From assembly GCF_028641065.1 (NCBI RefSeq), contig NC_073381.1:81716001-81780000 (forward strand): a stretch of DNA of 64,000 nt. The letters are read 5' to 3'. Below are positions 37,470-47,944 of this stretch, in pieces. The notes under the pieces are model-generated. The model saw only the letters and a list, made by a program, of their open reading frames with translations, ran no database searches and was not told where the DNA came from. Within the stretch, counting starts at the first letter, position 1, and every line of letters begins with the position of its first letter. Both the position numbers and the translations under genes were made by a program. This stretch comes from Leucoraja erinacea (lineage: Eukaryota).

Positions 37470-39960
37470 ATCAAGAATCTATCTCCGCTTTAAAAATATC
37501 CATTGACGGCCTCCACAGCCTTCTGTGGTAAAGAATTCTACAGATTCACCATCCTCTGACCAAAGAAATTCCTTCTCATCTCCTTCTAAAGGAACGTCCT
37601 TTAACTCTGAGGCTATGACCTCTAGTCGTAGACTCTCTCCCTAGTAATGATCTCCCCTCATTCTTCCAAACTCCAGCAAGTACAGGCCCAGTGCTGTCAA
37701 ACGCTCATCATAAGTTAACCCACTCATTCCTGGGATCAATCTCATAAACCTCATCTGGACCCTCTCCAGGGCTAGCACATCCTTCCTCAGATATGGTGCC
37801 CAAAATTGCTCACCAAATGCGGTCTTGATCAGTGCCTTAGAGCCTCAACATTATATCCCTGTTTTTGTATTCTAGCCCTCTTGAAATAAATGTTAGCACT
37901 GTGTTTGCCTTCTTGACTACCAATTCAACTTGCAGATTAACTTTTGGGGAATCTTGCACCAGCACTCTCAAGTCCCTTTGCACCTCTGATTTCTGGAGTA
38001 TCTCCCCATTTAGAAAATAGTCTGCACCGTAATCCTACTACTAAAATGCATGACTCCACACTTTACACTATATTCTATCTACCACTTCTCTGCCGCCTCT
38101 CCCAATCTGTCCAAGTCCTTCTGCAGAGTCCCTACTTTCTCTGCATTACCTGCCCCACCACCTATTTTTGTTTAATCGCAAACTTGGCCACAAAGCCTTC
38201 AATCCCCTCGTCCAAATCATTAATATACAATGTGAAGAGTAGCGGTTCCAGCACCAAACCTTTCAGAACTCCGTTACTCACTGGCAGCCAACCTGAAAAG
38301 CTTCCTTTATCGCCACTCTTCGCATTCTGCCAGCCATCCTACTATCCATGCTAACATCTGCCCTTTGATACCATGGGCTCTCATCTTCCTTAGCAGCCTC
38401 ACGTGTGGCACATTATCAAAGGCTTTCTGAAAATCTAGGTAAACAATATCCACTGAATCTCCTTTGTTTGTCCCACTATTTACTTCTTCAAAGAATTCCA
38501 GCATATTCGTCAGGCAAGATCTCACCTTCACAAAACCATGCTACCTTCGGCCTATTTTATCATGAACTTCTAGGTACTCCGTAACCTCGTCCTTTATAAT
38601 GGACTCTAAAATCTTACGTCTAAACTGACATCTAAACGGCCTACAGTTCCCACTGTTCTGCTTAGCTCCCTACTTGTACAGCGGGGTAATATTGGCAATG
38701 TTCCAATCGACAGGCACCACTCCTGACTCTCGTGATTCTTGAAATATCACTATTAATGCCTCCACAATCTCTAAAGCAACCTCTTTCAGAACCCTAGGGT
38801 GCGGTCCATCCAGTCCAGGTGACTTATCCACCTTCAGCCCTTCGGCCCTGTGGACTTCGGGAGCCGCGGACTCCGGTAGGAAGTGGCCGATTCGGAAACT
38901 CCAAGCCACAGAGTGTGTTCTTCCATTCCGACGTCGGAGTTCCGATCATCCCGGCAAGAGGACCTGAACATCGGGCCGTCGTAGCGGCAACTGCGGAGGG
39001 ATCAAAGGCCCTGATCACGGGTGAACAATGAGGAAGTTGACTGAACTTTATTGCCTTCCCTCACAGTGGGAAACGTTCATTCCACTGTGGGGGGGATGTT
39101 TATGTTAAACTCTATCGTGTATTGTGTTCTTTTTTATTCGTATGGCTGTAAGGTAACTCAAATCTCACTGTACCAATTGGTGCATGTGATAATAAATGTA
39201 ACTTGAACTTGAACTTCTTCCTGTTCGGAATGAAAGGATCTTGCATCTTCCGAATTATTCCCAGAAATTTTTGCCATTGCTGTTCCACTGTCATTCCTGC
39301 TGGGGTCCCTTTCCAGTCAACTTTGGCCAGCTCCTCCCTCATGCCCCCTTTGCTCAACTGTAATACCGACACATCCGATTTCACCTTCTCTCTCTCAAAT
39401 TTCAGGTTAAATCTTATATAGTGGTCGCTACCTCCTAGTGGTTCCTTTACCTTGAGTTCCCTTATCAAATCTGGTTTATTACACAATACTAAATCCAGAA
39501 TTGCCCTATCCCTGGTAGTCTCCACTACAAGCTGCTCTAAGAAACCAACTCGGAGGCACTCTACAAATTCCCTTTCTTGGGGTCCAGTACCAACCTGATT
39601 TTCCCAGTCTACCTGCATATTGAAATCTCGCATGACCACTGCAGCATTGCCTTTCCTACATTCCATTTGTATCTCCTGATGCAACTTATATCCCATATCC
39701 TGGCCACTGTTTGGGGGCCTGTAAATAACTCCCATTAGGGTATTTTTACCCTTACAACTTCTCAGCTCTACCCTCAATGACCCTACATCTTCTGATCCAA
39801 TGTCACCCCTCACTAAGGACCGAATTTCATTCCTTAACAACAGAGCTACCCTACCCCTTCTGCCCACCTGTCTGTCTTTCCGATTAGACGTATAACCTTA
39901 AATATTCAGCTCCCAGCTCCAATCCTCGCAGCCATGTCTCCGTAATTCCCACAACATCAT
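37470..39960 (-). mobile_element. CR1 LINE ORF2 remnant (APE endonuclease and RT) with an unrelated insertion at ~38845-39215
   Basis: GVIYRPPNS..DFNMQVDW..ILDLVLCN..LGGSDH; KSPGLDGPHPRVLKEVA..DWNIANITPLYK; RSCLTNMLEFFEEV..VYLDFQKAFDNVPH. Confidence 0.9.
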
Positions 39961-39969
39961 GTCTATTTT

Positions 39970-41070
39970 TAAATTTGAGATTGACAGATGCTTGATTAGT
40001 ACTGGTGTCATGGGGTTATGGGGAGAAGACAGTAGAATGGGGCTGAGAAGGAAAAATAGATCAGCCATGATTGAATGGCGGAGTAGACTTGATGGGCCGA
40101 ATGGCCTAATTCTGTTCCTATGAGCTGGAAATTGGTGGATTTGCTGATAGTGAGGTTGTCAAGGAGTATAGCAGAATATAAATTAGATATATAGACAGAT
40201 AGATGGAAGAAGAAATTTAATTCTGACATGTGTAAGGTGTTGCACTTTGAGCAGTGTAGGAGGAAACTATATAGTAAATGGAAGGAATTGATGTACAGAA
40301 GTGTCTAGGGGTGAAAACCCACAGTCCAAAAGTGGCAACAAAAATAGATAGGGCAGTAAAGAAGGTGTATGCCATACTTGCCTTTATGGGTCGCATTGAG
40401 TATAAAAGTCAGAAAGTCAAGTTAAAGCCATATAAAATTTTAATTAGGCCACATTTTAGGAAAATTGGGTACAGTTCTAGTCACCGTGTTACAAGGAGGC
40501 TGCAGTGGCTTTGTAGAGTGTGCGAAAGATGTTCACCAGGATGTTAGAGTATTAGCAGTAAGGAGAGAGTTTGTTTCTCTGAAGTGTCAAAGACGTTTCT
40601 CTGAAGTGTCACCTGAGAAATGTTTATGAAAGTATGAGAGGCATAGATAGGGTCAATAGTTAGAGTTTTTTTCCCCAGAGTGGAAATGACAAACAGGAGA
40701 AGGGATAGATTTAAGGACAGAGGGGTAAAGTTTAAGGGGATTTATGAGCCAAATTTTTTTTTACATATGTGTAGGTGCCTAGAATGTGCTGTCAGGGGAG
40801 GTCATGGAAGCAGATACAATAGCAACTTTTAAGAGGCATTTAGACGGCACATGAACAGGCTGGGAATGAAGAAAGGTCTCGACCCGAAAGGTCACCCATT
40901 CCTTCGCTCCAGAGATTCTGCCTGTCCCGCTGAGTTACTCCAGCATTTTGAGTCTCGGCAGGGAATGGAGGGACATAGACCATGTGCAGGCAGATGGGAT
41001 TTCTTAAATTACCATAATCGTCTACATTGACATTGTGGGCTAAATGGCTTGTTCCTGTACTGCACTGTTC
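39970..41070 (+). mobile_element. Degraded CR1 3' fragments with a Penelope pseudo-LTR piece (~40867-40955)
   Basis: IDRAVKKVYAILAF..IEYKS..YKILIRPH; gaagaaaggtctcgacccgaaaggtc. Confidence 0.65.
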
Positions 41071-41379
41071 TAGAATCACAAAGTCAAAGTGGAGGTAACT
41101 CATCCCCAGTCCTGGGAGATTGATCGAGAAGAGTTTGTTCAAGCATCCTTGAATCTAGTGGACTATCGTACAGATTTTGCAACTCACAATCCTGACTAAT
41201 TTCATTGTATTCTTCTTTTGCTTCAGTCAGTTTGCATTAAAGCAGTGGGTCTTTTTATTTTAACTCTAATTCAACCAACAGCATAGTAAGTAGTCATGAC
41301 TTTTTATCATATTCTTAAAAGCTAGTCAGTGGTGATTGGCAATGGGCACTTGATTACTGGCAATGTGCACTTGGTGACA

Positions 41380-42002
41380 GGTGTGGACACTAGGTGAATG
41401 GCATGGGGCACAAAGGGCAAAAAGACATGAGGTGAATGGCAAGGGGCACTAGGTGAATGCAAAGGGCACTAGGTGAGTGGCAAGGGACACTAGGTGAGTG
41501 GCAAAGGGCACAAGGTGAATGGCAAAGGAGCACTAGGGGAATGCAAGGGGCACAAGGTGAGTGCAAGGGGCACAAGGTGAATGCAAGGAGCGCTAGGTGA
41601 ATGGCAAAGGGCACAAGGTGAATGGCAAAGGAGCATTAGGTGAATGCAAGGGGCACAAGGTGAATGGCAAAGGAGCACAAGGTGAGGGCAAAGGTGGCAA
41701 GGGGCACAAGGTGAATGCAAGGAGCGCTAGGTGAATGGCAAAGGGCACAAGGTGAATGGCAAAGGAGCATTAGGTGAATGCAAGGGGCACACAAGGTGAA
41801 TGCAAGGGGCAAGGGGCACTAGGTGAATGCAAGGAGCGCTAGGTGAATGGCAAAGGGCACAAGGTGAATGCAAGGAGCGCTAGGTGAATGGCAAAGGAGC
41901 ACAAAGTGAATGCAAGGGGCACAAGTGAATGCAAGGGGCACAATGTGAATGCAAGGGGCACTCGGTGGATGGTAAGGGGCACTCGGTGGATGGTAAAGGG
42001 CA
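41380..42002. repeat. 20-22 bp minisatellite (GGCACAAGGTGAATG(G)CAAGG), ~620 bp, directly upstream of the LCA5 CpG island
   Basis: Directly visible tandem variants gcac(a/t)aggtga(a/g)t(g)gcaa(a)gg(g/a). Confidence 0.95.
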
Positions 42003-42159
42003 TTCTATGACTCTGTGACAGACAATGGGCACTCGATGACCAAAATAGGCTCTTGGTGACTAGGTGACAGTCGGTGCGCACTGACTTGGTGCATGGCCAC
42101 GATGGGCCAAAGGGACAATTTCCACGCTCTATGAATCCATTAAAAAAGAGACACCAAAC

Positions 42160-42850
42160 GAGCAGCCCTCGACGCCAGACGCTGGCTAACCTGAAGCGTG
42201 GTATTCCAGCACTTTCTGCGTTAGTTTGCTGAGCCGTGCTCGGGTGTAAATCCGCTGTAAATATTATTGCCGGCGAGGCGGTAGAGGGCCGGCGGCGAGG
42301 CGGTGGGGGCTGGTGTCGCCCATTGCCACCAAAGATCTTTGATGCCAACGGGCGAAGCGCGAGGGGGTCCGTTGGCAGCGTGGGATGAGGGGGACGAGTA
42401 TAAACGTACGCGCGCGCGAACGGGCCGGTTACCCGGGACAACCAGAGGTGGTCGGAGCGTGCACGAGCCGGTTGTCCCGGACAACTCGAGGTGGAGGAAG
42501 GGGTGGAGTCGGAACGCGCGCGCGCGAGCCGGTTGCCCGGGACAACCAAGGAGAGGAGGCGAGGGGTCAGCCAGGGCCAGGGCCAGGGCCGGGCGGTGGT
42601 TGTTTGCAGGTTGATCCAGGAGCAGCTCCATCCGAGAGCAAAGGCAACGGACAGCAGGGACTCCACTCGCCCCCCCACCCCATCAGACCATCTCCGCCTG
42701 CTCGGAACTTTCAGCCGCGGCCCCGGTCCACCTGGGGGTTGGCGGCGGCCAGGGACGGAGGTGAGGTGATTTAGGTCGAGTTGACGGGCGAAAGGCCCCG
42801 AAGCGGCGGGTTGTTATTGTTGTTGGGGCCTTGTCGGACGTGATGAAGTG
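42160..42850 (+). promoter_or_regulatory. LCA5: CpG island / LCA5 promoter with probable non-coding first exon (candidate donor GAG|GTGAGG at 42760/42761)
   Basis: Non-repetitive GC- and CpG-rich stretch ~4.5 kb upstream of the first coding exon, which begins with a splice acceptor and so needs an upstream exon. Contains GCGCGCGC tracts and X-box-like motifs. TSS position is inferred. Confidence 0.7.
42428..42546. promoter_or_regulatory. Three RFX X-box-like motifs
   Basis: GTTACCCGGGACAAC (42428-42442), GTTGTCCCGGACAAC (42471-42485), GTTGCCCGGGACAAC (42532-42546). These are imperfect palindromes resembling the GTTRCC-N-RGYAAC X-box found in ciliary gene promoters. Confidence 0.65.
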
Positions 42851-45800
42851 GGTCAGACAAGCCCCTGCCCCTTGCTCTTCTGAAAAGGAACTGCCCAACC
42901 AACCTGTGGCTGAGATTGCTCAAGGCAGGGGTGACTAACGGTGCTATTTGGAGTAACACAGCGTGGAACCGGCCCTTCGGCCCAATTTACCCACACCGAC
43001 CATCATTCCACATCTACACTAGTCCCACCTGCCCACATTTGGCCCATATCTCTCTAAATCTGTCCTGGCCATATACCCGTCTAAATGTCTCTAAAACGTT
43101 GTGATAGTCTCAGCCTCAACTACCTCCCCTGGCAGCTTGTTCCATACACCCACCGCCCTTTGTGTGAAAAAGTTACCTCTCGGGTTCCTATTAAATTTAT
43201 ATTCCCGATTCCCTGCTGCATCAGCAGTCCCAGAACACTTTCCTTTGGGTGAGAAGACTTAAGTTTGTTTCCCATGGCCCTAGGAACGAATACTTTGATA
43301 TGTTCTTGTCGGAGTTAAAAGTGTTCGCAAATCTACAGCCGATCAACTCCACGGCGAGTTTGGATTTGTCGCGCTATGTTATCAATTGACCGCAGTGTTA
43401 GCAGATCACATGAAATTAATGTATTAGGGGCGTTAAATGGTGTGTTTTCGTTTGTACAAATTTTAAAAGGAAAGTGAATTAAAGCTTTCTTTTGTTCATG
43501 AGGTATGACATCAAGTTAACCCTTTTAATATTTTACTAATGTACAGCAGAGAGGCTGATTATTAAAGCATATTCATGAATGGGCTGAAATCTTCAGAAGA
43601 ATTGGAATTTCAATATTACTAATTTGTATTAATGACATTTCAAAGCAAAAGTGGAGCACATGAAATTAGAACCTGCAAAAGTGCAATTTTATTTTGGGGG
43701 GGGTTATGCATGAACAATTTTGTATGAGTAATTTTTGATTTGTTTAGATAATTAATGGGCTTGTTACCCAGTCAACAATATATTTTTCCTTGGTGCAATA
43801 ATTAATACACTAAAGACATTAAATGAAGACATGACAACTATGCATCGTTATAGTTTTCTGTCCAATTAAAAAACAATTTTGGGATCAAATCACAAATTGC
43901 TTAACATTATTTAATAAAATATGGCATTTTCTGATCAATCATAACTATGCCAGCCATCTACAGGCATTGTGTTAGATTATTAATATTTAACTATTTACTT
44001 GCTGACTTTTGTTTACTTTTATATTTGGTTTATTCAACTATGTCACAGCTGTAAAACCAACATTCCTCCTCTGTACACCCTGACAAAAGAATCAAAAAGA
44101 TTTTAATTTGTTGCTGGGTACTATAAAACTATTTCTAAGAACTTATGCATATTTTAGGTTGCAAGAAAAATACATATTATTTAAACCTAAATATGAGCAG
44201 CGAATTTTTATAACGAATATTTAGTCCATTATAACATCCATAACACACGAGTCCAAAAATAATTTTACTTTGTCTAACAGTTGTTATACTGCCAAACTGC
44301 TTTCAGTTAATGGAATATTAGCATTTGTTTTCTGCTGATAAAAGTTGATGCTTCAAAATCTGAATCTGGAAGCTGGAAAGGCAGATACAAGGCACAAACC
44401 TACTGTTCTGTCATTTCAAGATACTTAATCCAGCATTGTTTGACGGCCAGCATAATAAAAATGATTCTCAAAATGACATAGAAAATAGGTGCAGGAGGAG
44501 GTCATTCAGCCCTTCAAGCCAGCACCGCATACATTGCGATCATGGCTGATCGTCCCCAATCAATAACCCGTGCTTGCCTTCTCCCCATATCCCTTGATTC
44601 CACTAGCCCCTAGAGCTCTACCTAACTCTCTTGACGAGTTTCAGGTATGATTTCTATAATATTTTTACACAATATGTTATAAATACATGTAGATACATGA
44701 TTTGGGTCACAAAATGAAACGAAAAAGCACCTCGGCCCACGGTCTAAAATGTTCAAATTATTGTTCGTCTAACCGTATTACCAGGAAAACAAACTAAGGC
44801 TGCAGATTTGTTCTAAGCAACACCTACGGACCACTTTGTTGTAGGTTTGCTGGAATTGTCACTGATTACCAATGCAATCTGCAAAGTGAAGGCAAAATAA
44901 TTGAATAATCTCATTTTGTGCCCTTTTTTGACAGCCTAACAGTTGTATTTGCTAATTTCAGGACCTTCACAAGATCTCTCATTCATATGATAATGCCCTG
45001 TGGTGTTTTGATGAATAGGTGCTTTCCAGCTGCTAATGACAGGAGACACAATATACAGAAAACCAACCAGTTACCAATCTAAATATTTCTCAAGATAAGG
45101 AAGGTTAGAAAGGCCTAAAATAGCATTTCAATGGTTAGTTCATAATGAAAAGTAACAGTAGCAGTTCTAAGCTTTAAAGCAACAAGATAGATGTTTTGGA
45201 AAAAAAAAGTATTTTAAACAGAAGTATTATTTTTAAAGCATAGATAGATTCTTGATCAGTACAGGTGTCAGGGGTTATGGGGAGAAGGCAGCGGAATTGG
45301 GTTAGGAGGGAGAGATAGATCAGCCATGATTGAATGGCGGAGCAGATTTGATGGACTGAATGGCCTAATTCTGTTCCTATCCCTTATGACCCTATGAACT
45401 GGTGTAATTTCCTGCACTGTAAGAAGTCACCTTCCTTTTCTATAATAATATTTTTGCAAGAAAATATGGTACTTCAATTGTAAACTGTTAATGTTATGCT
45501 AATTGCCAGCCAGGATAGTGAGTAGAGTTTCTAGAGGTTTAAACTAGAGAAACATAGTTTGGCAGTCTGAGGGGCAGGAAGATTATCAAAAAATATCAGT
45601 GGTTCACTTAAGTTCTAATTAGAATATAATGCAGTGCAGGAAATAAAATATATTGTGAGCTTTGCCTGGCTCTATCTCCCAGAAACAGCAAGGTGTTGAG
45701 CAGTAAATCTATTGCAGTGAAGTTGAGTGAGGGATTGATATTGGGAAAACACTGGTAGATAACATCGATACCCTGCTTTGAAACTATGGCAAGGTATTAT

Positions 45801-45987
45801 TCACCTTGACCTTTGAGAACAAGTTAGATTTTGATTAAAGGCCTCTTCCAAAATAAGACGCCTTTAAACAATCTGGGTAGCAGGGTGTAAATTGGTTGTT
45901 GAATTTACCATGTTGCAGAAGTGACTACATACTTCACTGTGCTGCTTGATTGGTTGTGAAGTACTGAATGAGATGAGCTATATCAAT

Positions 45988-46014
45988 CAAAGATCTTATA
46001 CTATAAGATCTTTG
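45988..46014. mobile_element. 27-bp perfect palindrome with an 8-bp direct repeat (collapsed hAT-type element)
   Basis: ATATCAAT [CAAAGATCTTATA C TATAAGATCTTTG] ATATCAAT. Confidence 0.7.
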
Positions 46015-46986
46015 ATATCAATGAAGCTTTCCCTCTAATCTTTTACGAGCATTTCCATGACGGTTGTTGTTGGAAGACCAATGTTGTCTTTAAGAGGGAA
46101 CATGATGTAGCTGTTGTGACGGTTGTCAGTATTTCAGTTGGGTTCGAGGGCAACGATCCGTTCATTCTAGACAGCTCGGAGAAAAGAAGGAGAAATATGT
46201 CAAAAGCATCACGGTTTCCTGTCAAGTCATGAATGTGTCTTCATTTGAATTTGTCGTTGGAGCATGAGGGAAATGCTCGCGAGAAAATGACTCCCCGATG
46301 AGCTTCCTGGGATCCATGCCGTCCGTAAAGACAGTATTCCATCCCAGTACCCATTTCATAATTTTCCTGCAAATTCATCTCTTTCACACATGTCCATCAA
46401 CTCCCTAGGATTTTTTTTCTCATTTAACATTCATTAAGGAATAATTTACTGTAAACAATTAGCCAATCTGCATGTCATTGCGATGGAACCCGAGAGGAAA
46501 CATGCAGTCACAGAAATAATATACTAACTGCTTATAAGCACAGGAGTCAGATCAACCTTGATCCCTGGGGTCAAGAATGTTTTATATCCCAGAACAGTGA
46601 AATAAAATTCTTCCTTGGAGCAGCACAACAGATATGTAGACATTGTACTCTGTAAGTACAAAGTCACCAAGTTTGTAGTCCAGACCTTATTTGTAGCTTG
46701 TAGTGTTTAATAGCGTCATGGTTGTTGGCGAGAAGCTGCTCCTGAACCTGGACATCAACAGGAGCACCATATGCCCCAACAGACCCAACAAACCAGATAG
46801 TTTAAAATTTTGCTGATTGTTTGCTTTCTGTGACCTAAATAAATATTATAGACTTGAAAAGTGGTTATAATTTAATTTATGATATCACTTATTTAGATGG
46901 TAAGTTGATTTCACACAACAGTTTTTCAATTTGCTTGATATTTTTTCTTTGGAAGCAGGGGATGGGGTCTATACTCTATTGATGAC

Positions 46987-47200
46987 AGATGGCACAATGG
47001 GCTAAGTGTTCGGCTGGCGCCCGGAAGGTAGCCGGTTCGAATCCCGCTTGGAGTGCATACTGTCGTTGTGTCCTTGGGGCAAGACACTTCACCCACCTTT
47101 GCCTGTGTGTAAATGTAATGTAATTATGTGAAGCACTTTGGGGTCAATGCAAGTTGACTAAAAATGTGCTATATAAATAAGATTATTATATTATTATTAT
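46987..47200 (+). mobile_element. tRNA-derived SINE with a CORE-like middle and an L2-type tail
   Basis: A box tggcacaatgg, B box ggttcgaatcc, gtgtccttggggcaagacactt, and tail gaagcactttg..gtgctatataaata(tta)n. Confidence 0.75.
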
Positions 47201-47300
47201 TGAAGTGTCCTGAGATTTATTAAGAGGTTATATGTTCTATTTCCTATTTTATTTTTATTATTTAACTATAGAATCAAGGCAAAAACTGTCTCGGACTAGC

Positions 47301-47634
47301 ATGGATTCCCAAAATGGATACTGTGATGAAGGCAATGCAGTAGATTCAGAAGCTGAAAGAAGTCTACGCTCTGGAGCAAGCACACAAAGAAATGGCAATA
47401 AAGAAAACAAAAGCAAACAAGCTCAGCGTAGTGGCCGTGCTATGGGAGATCAAGAGAAGACTAATAAAAACATAGACTATGACAAGAATAGTGACTCCTA
47501 TTATTCCGATGACTATGATAATTTGTCATACATATCTGATCCTCATTGCTCGGAAAACTCCAGATCTAGAACACCCAGTCCAAGAGGAAAGGGTCAAGTA
47601 AAACAAAAGGTTTGCAGTTCTATATATGATCGAG
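47301..47634 (+). CDS. LCA5: Lebercilin, first coding exon (exon starts 47272; ATG at 47301, alternative ATG at 47442)
   Basis: Acceptor tttaactatAG at 47270-47271, open frame, donor G|GTAAGT at 47634/47635. Phase 1 joins the next exon in frame (G+CT=Ala). The Ser/Asp/Tyr-rich YYSDDY..SRTPSP segment resembles the lebercilin N-terminus. Confidence 0.8.
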
Positions 47635-47944
47635 GTAAGTGTGTTTATTTTATTTGTAACTGTTGACTTGAAATCGTTTTTGAGAAGGAAACCAAAAATC
47701 TCAGCAGATAATTCACCCTGAAGAACATATGACACTGCAATCCAAAACACACATTTTAAATTCATGGCTAATTTCCGTACTGTGAGATATTTCTGTTTGC
47801 ATCAAACCAGCATTTACTTGAGATAAAAGCACAAGATTAATTAAATTCCAATTGGACATGACATTTTTGGATAATGGGTAACACTCACAATTGCATCAGT
47901 AGTTTGGTGTTGGCTCAGACCCCATTCTTGCCTCTTTCACTATA

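Noticed and set aside
41839-42898. Several long overlapping ORFs (up to 279 aa)
   Set aside because: GC-rich promoter plus minisatellite sequence depleted of stop codons; low-complexity translations with no recognisable domain.
46987-47050. Functional tRNA gene
   Set aside because: It has A and B boxes but no convincing acceptor stem, and continues into a SINE body and tail.
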